Assembly: GCA_964016885.1 (NCBI GenBank)
Contig: OZ024757.1
Location: 26,660,001-26,724,000 of the forward strand
Length of the DNA stretch: 64,000 bases
Reading direction: 5' to 3'
From: Eledone cirrhosa
Taxonomy: Eukaryota
In this document: positions 53,213 to 64,000 of the stretch, piece after piece
Layout of the letters: the number at the start of each line of letters is the position of its first letter
How positions within the stretch are numbered: the first letter of the stretch is position 1
Made by a program: the position numbers and the translations under genes
Notes under the pieces: generated by a model
What the model was told of the DNA's origin: nothing
Seen by the model: only the letters and a program-made list of their open reading frames with translations
Database searches by the model: none

Positions 53213-53941
53213 TCATCATCATCATCATCATTTTACGTCTGCTTTTCCCTGCTAGCAAAGGTGGGACACACACACACATATATATATCATCATCATTGTT
53301 TAATGCCCATCTTCCACGCTAACACGGGTTAGACGGTTTTGTTCCATTTGATGCGGGATTGGTCGGGAGACCGTGTCTCACCCGTACGGAAGTGTCTCTG
53401 ACAGGTTTCTTTACAGCTGGATGGCCTTAACATCAATGGAATATAGAGAAGTGAGACATGAGTTGATATATATAAACATTTTTTACTATTTTTATATATA
53501 TCATCATCATCATCATCATCATTTTACATCCTCTTTTCCCTGCTTGCAAGGGTGGGAAGGGTCCTATTCAGCACAGGATCTCTCCACTTGTCACAGTCCT
53601 TCATCATCTCCTCCGTGAGTTTCAGCGATCTGAGGTCTGCTCTCACCACCTCCGTCCATGTTTTTTGTGGTCTTCCCCAACTGCATCTAACCACAGACTA
53701 TGCAGCACCTCCTGAAATCCCCCCTGCTGGGACACCCCTGCACAGCATTGGACTTGGCAGAGTTTAATGAGAAAGATCAGCAATGTGTTCAGCTGTGGTG
53801 GAACCACATCTAGCCAAGCTTTGTAACTGACACTCTTGTGGACATGATAAGAAAATGAGAAGAAAAATCAAAAGAATCCTAAATCTGGCACTGATGATGA
53901 GATCCCCAAATGATGTTTCAAAGAAAACAATGGTTTCTTAC

Positions 53942-54046
53942 TTTTGTAATGGAGGAATTATCTTCTGAAAGATTTTCTATGACATCAAAATGATCCGTGT
54001 TAGGAATGACCTGGTTACTAATGTCAAGGCCAGCAGATTTCAAAGA
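53942..54046 (-). CDS. AFMID: Kynurenine formamidase exon (catalytic His)
   Basis: SLKSAGLDISNQVIPNTDHFDVIENLSEDNSSITK; canonical AG/GT. Confidence 0.92.
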
Positions 54047-54127
54047 CTGCAAACAAAGAGGAAATACCAACATAAACAACATCACAAATTATTTCAGAAA
54101 TGTTTGTTGATATTTCTCCCCTTCACC

Positions 54128-54179
<52 letters not shown>

Positions 54180-54740
54180 AAACGAAAAATCAGTGATGCA
54201 TCTGAACTCAATTTATTGTGTGTTACAATTGTTTCACCGGCGGACAGCTCGAGGCGCGATCATTGTGTGGATCTGTCTGATTCTGGACCCGCAGGTTCGA
54301 TGGACACGTCTAATGATTTCAGAGCATATATATATATATATATATACATTCACACATTAGATATAGCTACAGATCTCTCTCTCTCTCTATGTATATATAC
54401 ACTCACATTACCAATAGGTACAGATTTCTTTCTCTCCGTATGTATATATATATAGCCTTTGAGTGAAAGCTTTCACTTGAAGTTTATCTCTGGGTCATAG
54501 ACATGGTTTCAAGATAACATGAACACAGGCATAAATTAATAGATAACCTCTGGGTCACATGAATAAATTAATAGATTGCTGGTAGCAGGAGAACAGGTGT
54601 GGCTCAACTATTAACATCTAGTTATGATTTAGTAGAAAATATCTGAAAAATGTTTTCCTAATTCAAATGCTTACATTATATACTTATAGTCTTTACTAAT
54701 GGAAAAATCATTGAAAATGTTTTCTGTATGTGTGTGGTTT

Positions 54741-54796
<56 letters not shown>

Positions 54797-55141
54797 TACA
54801 CATATATATATATATATATAAGATCAAAAGATGGTTAAATGAGTTCCATGTATTTTATTATGCGCATTTCAAAAACAAATATCATCATGCAATAACATTT
54901 GTGTTTTCATCAGATAAAATAGGAGGACATGATATGAAGGTTAAAAACACTTGTGGATAGTGCAGTTTTAAATAAACATATCAGTGCTTCTTATCCGATA
55001 TCTGCATTGCTTTATTGTACTACAATAACACTCACCTCCTACATTATATATATATATATATACACACATACACATATACACACATATATATATATATATC
55101 ATCGTCATCGTTTAACACATCCATCTTTCACACTAGCATGG

Positions 55142-55187
<46 letters not shown>

Positions 55188-55238
55188 TAGGTAATTCCAA
55201 AGGAAAAAAGAGTGCTCTATGTAGAGAACAGAGCTATA

Positions 55239-55424
55239 TAATTAGAAAGTGAACAACACAAAATACAACTACTCCATTACCAAAGATTTCTGGATTGCAG
55301 ACAATAATAACATACGTATGGATCGTTCGTCGATGAACGATCCATACGTATACTATAATCGTCTGCGATCCAGAAACCTTTGATAATGGAGTAGTTATAT
55401 TTTGTGTTGTTCACTTTCTAATTA
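55239..55424. repeat. Near-perfect ~185-bp palindrome
   Basis: Arms TAATTAGAAAGTG...GGATCGTTC and GAACGATCC...CACTTTCTAATTA with almost no loop. Confidence 0.85.
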
Positions 55425-55489
55425 AATATATATATAACATACATATATGAAGCAAGAAGGCAGCAGAAAATGTTGCTATTGGTGCTTAC

Positions 55490-55625
55490 ATTACAGAAAT
55501 CTTCAGCTTGATGATGAAATTCTTCAGAATCATGTTCACCAATGAACATTTTAATAACACAATCTCTGTTGAACTTCACTATTTTCTCCTTCAAAAATGC
55601 AGGACTGATTTCTTTTGCAAATTCT
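55490..55625 (-). CDS. AFMID: Kynurenine formamidase exon (catalytic Asp)
   Basis: EFAKEISPAF...MFIGEHDSEEFHHQAEDFCN; canonical splice sites. Confidence 0.92.
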
Positions 55626-55806
55626 CTGTAAAAGCAGAAGAAAATTAGATAAATTACACCACTGTCATTCCATGGACATTACAAACTCACACTAAAGAAG
55701 GGAAAGGACCCTTAACTTATGATGGAGTTGTAGGGATGTTGTTCCTACAAACAGCACATCTCAGGCATTTTAATCCTGGTGGTATGTATATGTATATATA
55801 TATGTA

Positions 55807-55917
<111 letters not shown>

Positions 55918-56323
55918 ATATATATATACCGAATTCACAGACTAGACCCCTTCTTCTTCCCGTTAGACCTGTGCGAAATTCCTTCCTTGCTCACATTTCA
56001 ACCAGGTTTGATGGTCTTTATTCTCTCTCATTCACGATTTCACCGAACTTATATTCATGGAAATTTGGGACTTGACTCGTTCTTCCTGACTTTTCGTTGC
56101 TTCGCCATCTTTATTTGTTTACACTCTCGCTGTTCCCTTTATTTACATGTCCCAACGACTTTCTTTAGCCGTTGCTCGCACCAACCGGAGGTATATGGTC
56201 TTTAAAGCGAAGAAATACCGATGATGGTTGGAAGATCACTGATGAAGGACCACTTTATTCATATGTAACCCATTTGCAACTCCGCAGCACGTTTATTCTC
56301 ATATATATATATTTATATGTTTA

Positions 56324-56360
<37 letters not shown>

Positions 56361-57063
56361 ACAGTCGATTGACTTTCATCAAATGTGAGGGTGAGTGGTT
56401 AGAGAATTGGATTCGCAATCGTGAGGTTGTGATTTCGATTCCCAGACTGGGTGATGTGTTATGTCTTTGAGCAAAACACTTTATTTCACATTGCTCCTTC
56501 TACCTGGAGTTGCGACCGACAGATAGCATTAGCAATTGGAAAGACCAATAGAAACATTTTTCTTCAGTCTGATTTGATGAAAGTTGATAATAAATAAATA
56601 TATATAATAAAATGTTGTAATATAATGTGGAAAGTGATATAAAGCTAAACATCCTTCTCCAGTTCAGAACACAGTTGATTTCTTCCAGAGAAAGAAAGTA
56701 ATACAGTGATTTAGAGGAATTATATGTACCCTAGTGTGGAACTAGACATTTCATGGATATTCCATGGACATTACAAACTTGTCCCTGACACAACTGCTCT
56801 CTCTGGTACACTGCCTTGTATAATACAAAACATCTCACACAGAAATATTGTCAAACCCAGTCTAGTGTGCCATGTGGTACAGTAGTGTGGAAGTAGAACC
56901 CATTCTCATGTACCATGTGCCTCTACAATATGACAATAGAACCCAAACAAATGTGCCACAGCTTCACCATAATAATACAGCTGAACCCTGTCAAATATGC
57001 CACTTCTTAGTGATACATAGAGAACAGAGTATAGGGACCTACAATAAGAGATTTTATACTCAC

Positions 57064-57142
57064 TCAGTCATTTTGAGAGGTTCGTTGACACTGATGTGCA
57101 CAATAGGTCGAAGGTCATAGACACCACTTACCAGGAAGGCAC
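57064..57142 (-). CDS. AFMID: Kynurenine formamidase exon
   Basis: (G)AFLVSGVYDLRPIVHISVNEPLKMT; SGVYDL motif. Confidence 0.93.
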
Positions 57143-58029
57143 CTGAAATAGAGGGTCATTATCATCATCATCATTATCAACAACACCATCAAGATCACCA
57201 TTACCATCATAATCATCCCCATCATCATCATCACCATCACCAACCCATCACCACCACCATAAACTTGCACTAAAGAAGGAAAAAGGCCCTTAACCTATGA
57301 TGGAGTTACAGGGGTGCTGTTTTTGCATGCAAACAGTGCGCCTTGGGCATTTTACCAGTCAAGCCCATCCTTCTCCAGTTCAGAAGACAGTTTATAAATG
57401 TGAGAATCCTAAATGCAGAAAATAGCTATCTTAACAGTTAATCATCATCATTATTGTTTAACGTCTATTTTCCATGCTAGCATGGGTAGGACGGGCTGTC
57501 CCATTGTGAGAGATCAGGTCGGAGGACCATGTTTCGCTCACACAGGACTGGTATTGGTTTGGTTTCTATGGCTGGATGCTCTTCCTAACGCCAACCATAT
57601 TTACAGTGTGTGCTTTTAGTCGTGACACCTACATGACCACTTTACAGTGTGGACTGGGTACTTTTTGTTGTGGCACCTACATGTCCACTCTAGAGTGTGG
57701 ACTGGATGCTTTTTGTTATGTCACCTACACAACTTTACAGTGTGAACTGGGTGCTTTTTGTTGTGGCACCTACATGTCCACTTTACAGCGTGGACTGAGT
57801 GTTTTTCTCATGACACATACATGACCACTTTAAAGTGAGGGCTGGGCACTTTTGTTGTGGCTCCAGAGGGACCACTTCATGGTGTGGGATAGGAACTTGG
57901 GTGGGTGAGGAAGAAGCTAGAGGAAATCGAGGACATTACAGTAACTTTTATTACAGTTATTTTCTGCATCTGAGATAAATCTTTGCTAAATTTTCAAATA
58001 ATAAAAAAAAAAAATTCCTTTCCTCTTAC

Positions 58030-58130
58030 CCTTGAGTAAAGAAGAGTCAACATCTTCATCTTTCCAGTTGATGGTGATCATCATGGCTGCTAAGTGACCT
58101 CCTGCAGAATGTCCACATAGATACACACCT
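58030..58130 (-). CDS. AFMID: Kynurenine formamidase exon (nucleophile GHSAG)
   Basis: GVYLCGHSAGGHLAAMMITINWKDEDVDSSLLK. Confidence 0.95.
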
Positions 58131-59227
58131 CTGTAGTTAAATATATTAACCTTTTAGCATTTACATTTCTCTATATATACTAATGTATTTTCGTGGTAAA
58201 AGCTTACACAATTATCTCACATAATATCAAATCTATGAGATTTTGATATTATTTTTTTTAACATCAGAATGAGTGGCTGGTTATAGCTGGTTTTATTAGA
58301 AAGAGGTGAGAGAATTCTGCCAGATATGGCCAGTTTAAATGCTAAAGGGTTAACCCTTTTGTTACCATATTTCTATATTCATAAACTCTCTATTGAAGAA
58401 TATTGGAAGAAAATGATTGCAAATACAAGCTGCCAAAACAAGGCTCCTCTGAAGGATCTTTGAAGTAATATTATTTGATAGGGTATGTAGCTTGGAGATT
58501 AGGTTGTCGCTCCAGGAAGAGCTGCTACTTTTTCTGAATTGAGGTATCACAGCTCTGGTACTACAGACATGTGGTTAGAATGTCTCAGGAAAGAATCATT
58601 GGACAGATTTTATGGGCAAAGCCAGCCGGCAGGAGCCCCAGAGGTAGATCATGAGTAAAATGGTTGGATAACATAACATCCGTAAATACAGTTGATCTCG
58701 CTTAGGATCCAGCTGGATTCTTTGGAGATGGTTGCTTTTGATAGACCATTCTGGAAGGTGTATCTAAAAACTGCCTCCACAACCCTTTCAGAAACAAGTG
58801 AGCAAAGAAGATTTTGTTTCATAGAACAAGAGCTGGTCTTCACCAAGTTAGTATTTATCATCATCATCATCATCACTGTTTAACATCCATTTTTCCATGC
58901 TAGCATGGGTAAGATGAGTTGTCCCATTTGTGACAAGTCAGATCAGGTGACTGTGTCTTGCTCATACAGAACTGTTTCTAGTTTGATTTCTATGGTTAGA
59001 TGCTCTTCCTAATGTCAACCACATTTACAGTGTGGACTGGGGGTGGGAGTTGAGGTGTAAAAGGTTAATTTTTAACATCCTGTACTACATGAAACTGCAT
59101 TAGCATATGTGTGTGTGTGCATGCAGTTTTATATGTATGTGTGTGTATGCAGTTTCATATGTGTGTGTGTATGAAATCAGGCTAACAAAATAAAAAGAAT
59201 GTTTCCGAAAACATCAGAATAACCAAC

Positions 59228-59306
59228 CTTGATTCATGTTCTGTGGCCAATTTCAAGACATCGGCAACACTCTGCTTCACTTCTTCAATAATCTGCACCA
59301 TGGTTC
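59228..59306 (-). CDS. AFMID: Kynurenine formamidase exon
   Basis: (G)TMVQIIEEVKQSVADVLKLATEHES; phases 1 and 2 fit the neighbouring exons. Confidence 0.9.
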
Positions 59307-59673
59307 CTAAATAAAGAATTCAAATATTCAGTTATATGTCAGAAACAAGGGCTGGTTCTGTCAATGAGTGCTATGATAGACTGCATCAAACCTCACCTCC
59401 CCATAGAGAGTTGGATTTAGACCTCAGGGGACCTAGGGCACTTCAGGTTTGTGGGACCCCTTATACACAAAAAATTGGAATACATGAATTCCATGTTAGC
59501 ATGGATTAGATGGTTTTGTTCCATTTGATGTGGGAAAGGTCGGGAGACCGTGTCTCGCTTGTACGGAAGTGTCTGGCAGGTTTTTTACAATTGGATGTCC
59601 TTCCTAACACCAACCACATTTACAGTGTGGACTGGGAGCCTTTTTACCAAGTCCCCTATGTGTGTATATATAT

Positions 59674-59704
<31 letters not shown>

Positions 59705-59986
59705 CTAACTGGCGATGACACAGGACCGAGAACTCTGGGCACAAGCCAAAGCTGAAGCATATAGAGAGTATGCCCTCACCCACCTCCCACTGAAAATATA
59801 TCAGAATGTAAGAATACCTGTTAAAAACTTTACTTTTCTTTGATATTATTTTTTCTCCAAGAAAAACATTGTTTTTTATGTTTTCTATTGTCTAAAGAGG
59901 TCATAGCTGTTGAATTGTGGCTGTCACCGAAATATATATAACAGTAATGAAAGAAGTAAATTATGAAATGTTGACTTATACCTCTT

Positions 59987-60023
<37 letters not shown>

Positions 60024-60473
60024 ATATGCCCCCACACCCCCCACCGCAAGGTGGTCGTGGAGGTGCCACGGCAAAAAAGCACCCAGCCCACACTGTAAAG
60101 TGGATGTGTAGGCGCCACGAAAAAGCACCCAGCACTCACTGTAAATCAGGTTGGTGTTAGGAAGGGCATCCAGCTGTAGAAATCAAGCCAAATCAGTTCC
60201 TGTATGAGCAAGGCATGGTCAGCCGACCAGACACTGCCCACAACAGGACAACCCGTCTAACGCATGCTAGCGTGGAAGAACTTACGTAAAACGGTGATGA
60301 TGATGATGATGATATATACATATATATATAGATATATATATTGAGCAAGACACTTTATTTCATGTTGCTCCTTCTACCTGGAGTTGCGACCGATAGATAG
60401 TATTAGCAATTGGAAAGACCAATGGAAACATTGTTTCCTCAGTCTGATTTGACGAAAGTCGGTCGACTGACTA

Positions 60474-60506
<33 letters not shown>

Positions 60507-60983
60507 TAAAAAAATAATGAATAAAACAATGAAACAGTTCCTTATATTAAACAAAAAAAGTTCATTATTTAACGATCGTTTCTGGGATATATATGTGTTA
60601 GAAAGTGATTTTTCATTGCATCTCTTCTTTCCATGATATCCGGATTACATTGAGTTCTTCATACGGATTGGACACTACCGTAAACTCTTGGTAGATTTAT
60701 CTACATATATATATATATATATATATATTTCCATCCTCTGTCCCTCCCAAATACAAACTATAGGTCACAAGAGACGTAGTGGGATCTCAGTGAATTTAGC
60801 TAAGAATGTAGGTTTTACATATAGCTGTTGCACAGGGGAAGTAAGCAGCAATGACCACAGGAAACAAGTGCTATCAAATTCCGGGAAGGTGATGACTGGT
60901 CCATATAACAACCAGTGATTTTCTTAAAATATTTATAGTAAAAAATAAACCCTAAAAAGTAAAACAAAAGACCAAGAGCTTAC

Positions 60984-61069
60984 CTTGTGGTGCAATAGTG
61001 TACCCCAGAGTACATACAATTCCACCCATTTTCACAATAGGTTTAACCATAAAGGATGCTAATTCACGT
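60984..61069 (-). CDS. AFMID: Kynurenine formamidase exon
   Basis: RELASFMVKPIVKMGGIVCTLGYTIAPQ; canonical splice sites. Confidence 0.92.
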
Positions 61070-61847
61070 CTGAAACATTTAATATACCTTAATTAATTTA
61101 TTTCATTAAAATTCAGTAAATTGACACCTCCTACTTGCAATATATATATTTTTTCTTTTTATATTCAGTGAAAAGGATGTACATATATATAAACGATATG
61201 TGTTTCTCAAATGATATACGGCTCTTTTTTTCTCTCTACATATATCTTTGAAATTTTAATTATTGATGCTCTGAACCAAGGTTCATTGAGCTTATTTATT
61301 GAGAAACATGATCATCATAGATATTAGATATGTATTGATACCTTAACATAGTATATAACTACTCCAAACTTATTAATTTGTTGAGTTGCTTCAACTGTGA
61401 CTGGTACTTCAGAGCTCTTTCTTGCCGACATGATGTCCAGTCCTATTTATATCTGCCTTGGCCGTTAAACCTTTGTGACACCATGTGGAGTACGATTTAA
61501 AAAAAAAACTCTCTGCTCTCGACAGATATAAAGGTATTTTGTACAATGTGGGACATATGTAAAGACAATTGCTTTGATGATTAGATCCCTGTCTGCCATT
61601 GCTTTACCAAAATCAATAGTTGGTTATCGATAGTTGGTTAGTTAGATCAATTGTTCGCTTCAGTTTTTTGGACTAAGAAACAGTATTGCAAGGAAGAAAT
61701 GACTTTTCCCACCTTAAAGTATGTATATTTTGCTGAACATTATTTGCTTTATGCATGTTTACAAAATACTATGTGTTTCTCAAATGACATATGATTCCCT
61801 CTCTCTACATCATGTATCTTTTAAATTTGAATTATACATACATACAT

Positions 61848-61900
<53 letters not shown>

Positions 61901-62071
61901 TACATATTTATATATTTAGGTAATGAAATGAAGACGTAAGAATAAAACCATCCCTTTTATTTATTATATATATATATATATATATATGCAAAAGTTTTAT
62001 TTAAAATTGTTGGGTTACAACAAGTAAATATTTTATAACTGATATAAAGTACTCAACAAGTTTTGGAGTAG

Positions 62072-62361
62072 ATATACGATATTAAACAAATGGAAACTAT
62101 ATTTATAAAACCATATTTATTTCATTATACATATTTCGGGAATACCATATTAAAAATATGGCATGCCTTCTTCAGATAAAATACAATATATAAGCAGTCA
62201 AAATTATTTATAAGCAGTCAAAATTATTTATAAAACTGCTTATATATTGTATTTTATCTGAAGAAGGCATGCCATATTTTTAATATGGTATCCCCGAAAT
62301 ATGTATAATGAAATAAATATGGTTTTATAAATATAGTTTCCATTTGTTTAATATCGTATAT
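62072..62361. repeat. Near-perfect ~290-bp palindrome with hammerhead-like core in each arm
   Basis: ~127-bp arms; loop carries a 20-bp tandem duplication (TAAGCAGTCAAAATTATTTA x2); CTGAAGA...GAAA at 62258-62299. Confidence 0.85.
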
Positions 62362-62459
62362 ATATATATATATATATCAAGCTGATCAATCTTGAAATGC
62401 ACGTCTCACCAGAATAAACTTAATGAAAAGTTGACACCTCATCCATACATATATATTAT

Positions 62460-62496
<37 letters not shown>

Positions 62497-62648
62497 AGGA
62501 GTATATACACACACACATATATATATCATCATCATCATTTTAAGCAGGGAAAAGTGGACGTAAAATGGTGATGATATACACAGGGAGTACGGTTTTCAAA
62601 AAAGATAAAAATAATTTTCAAAAAAGAAGTAAAATCCATAATACTTAC

Positions 62649-62697
62649 TTTAAAAATTGCCAATAACCACCATGAATATATACGAATATTGGAGCCC
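62649..62697 (-). CDS. AFMID: Kynurenine formamidase exon (HGGYW oxyanion motif)
   Basis: (G)APIFVYIHGGYWQFL; tttcag acceptor, gtaagt donor. Confidence 0.94.
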
Positions 62698-63671
62698 CTG
62701 AAACAGCAACATCATAATCAACAACATACACAGCAATGATATTAATAATTGTTTCTACTTTTGGCACAAGGCCAGCAATTATCTCAGTGTATTACTGGTA
62801 CTTTATTTTACCGACCCCGTAAGGATAAAAAGTAAAGTTAATCTCAGCGGGATTTGAACTCAGAACGTAAAGGGTCATAACTCTGTCCCAAGAAGACCTG
62901 GGATGTGGTGATAGGGGCCGACCTTACCCAGTTGCACCTCACACGACCGAGACATCTGGCGTCACACAGTAATACAGAGTACCCGACCTCCCATGGGTAC
63001 AAGCTGAAGCATATAGACAATATGCCCCCACACCCTCCCACTGTAAAGCGGACGTGAAGGCGCCACGGCAAAAAAGCACCCAGCACTCACTGTAAATGAG
63101 GTTGGTGTTAGAAAGGGCATCCAGCTGTAGAAATCAAGCCAAAATCAGTTCCTGTGTGAGCAAGGCATGGTCAGCCGACCAGACACTGCCCACAACAGGA
63201 CAACCCGTCTAACCCATGCTAGCATGGAAGAACGGACGTAAAACGGTAATGATGATGATGTTAAAGAAACCCATACAAACACACATAGATGTCATTTTAT
63301 AGGTATGGACCTATAACTTCTGGTGGAGTCATATGGGCACCATAGTGACATACAGCACATCTTGGGCATTTTAAGCCTGGTGGAGCCCATCTCCTCTCCA
63401 GGTCTGAACACAGGCTATTTCTTCCAGAGAAGGAAAAAGACAGAGTGATAAAGAGGAAGGGAAAAAGAGAGATACAGAGGAAGAATTGATTCCAGTACTT
63501 TTATTTTTATCGACCCCGAACGATGGAGGACAAAGTTGACCCGAGTGGGATTTTAACTCAAAGAACAGAAAGCTGGAATGAATACTGCAAATGTTCAATC
63601 TGAAGTTCTAAAGACCCCTGTCAATTAGCTACCCTAATATGTTTGTTAACCATTCCAGAATAAAAAAATTT

Positions 63672-63885
63672 GTCGATCAACTTTCGTCAAATCAGACCAA
63701 GGAAACAATGTTTCCGTTGGTCTTTCCAATTGTTAATACTATCTATCGGTCGCAACTCCAAGTAGAAGGAGCAATGTGAAATAAGGTGTCTTGTTCAAGG
63801 ACATTACGCATTGCCGAGTGCAGAAATCGAACCGACAACCTCACAATTGCAAATCCAGTTCTTTAAGCAATCAGCCACACGCCTT
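63672..63885 (-). mobile_element. tRNA-derived SINE family D
   Basis: Homologous to ~56385-56590, ~60340-60470 and ~24615-24690 (GGAAAGACCAATGGAAACATTG motif). Confidence 0.7.
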
Positions 63886-63916
63886 CACTTCCAGAATAAA
63901 GAGAAATATTATTTAC

Positions 63917-64000
63917 CTTCGGCAGCAGTTTTTTGACCAAAAATGTCCAGCTTGTGTTTCTCAGCATCTCCTACCTTCACTCCTAGGTCACAATCGATAC
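63917..64000 (-). CDS. AFMID: Kynurenine formamidase exon (cut by the window edge)
   Basis: IDCDLGVKVGDAEKHKLDIFGQKTAAE then G|gtaaat; in phase with the HGGYW exon. Confidence 0.85.

Noticed and set aside
60590-60700. Possible intronic snoRNA
   Set aside because: No clean C/D box pair on the AFMID sense strand; lies between (TA)n tracts and looks like another repeat remnant.
61198-61830. ~60-bp direct repeats flanking ~500 bp (LTR-like)
   Set aside because: Diverged, with no clear TG..CA ends, PBS or ORF; only a faint resemblance to a transposase Cys-rich tail.

Overview
Repeat-rich animal genomic DNA. The SINE/MITE families and extreme microsatellite density suggest an octopod cephalopod (inference). 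Three spliced genes can be read from the sequence. (1) The first two coding exons of a DPP7-like lysosomal S28 peptidase (minus strand, 36660-31082); I found no further exons in the remaining 31 kb. (2) A complete 5-exon ZDHHC12 palmitoyltransferase (plus, 39706-49632, 285 aa), divergent from DPP7. (3) The last nine coding exons of kynurenine formamidase AFMID (minus, >64000-52749), convergent with ZDHHC12. The rest is microsatellite, minisatellite and transposons: a nearly intact DD37D (maT) Tc1/mariner, RTE, CR1, Tx1-like and CRE-like LINE fragments, several tRNA-derived SINEs, and piggyBac-, hAT- and Tc1/pogo-type MITEs. The most notable hidden signal is a set of minimal type-I hammerhead-ribozyme-like motifs at about seven sites. 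Most have a palindromic stem III and a non-canonical stem II base, and several sit inside long fold-back palindromes next to (TA)n tracts, which points to Penelope-like or retrozyme-like remnants. There are also orphan candidate micro- and terminal exons at 5-26 kb. Almost all long ORFs in the supplied track are microsatellite artefacts. All coordinates and folds were derived by eye; repeat boundaries are approximate.
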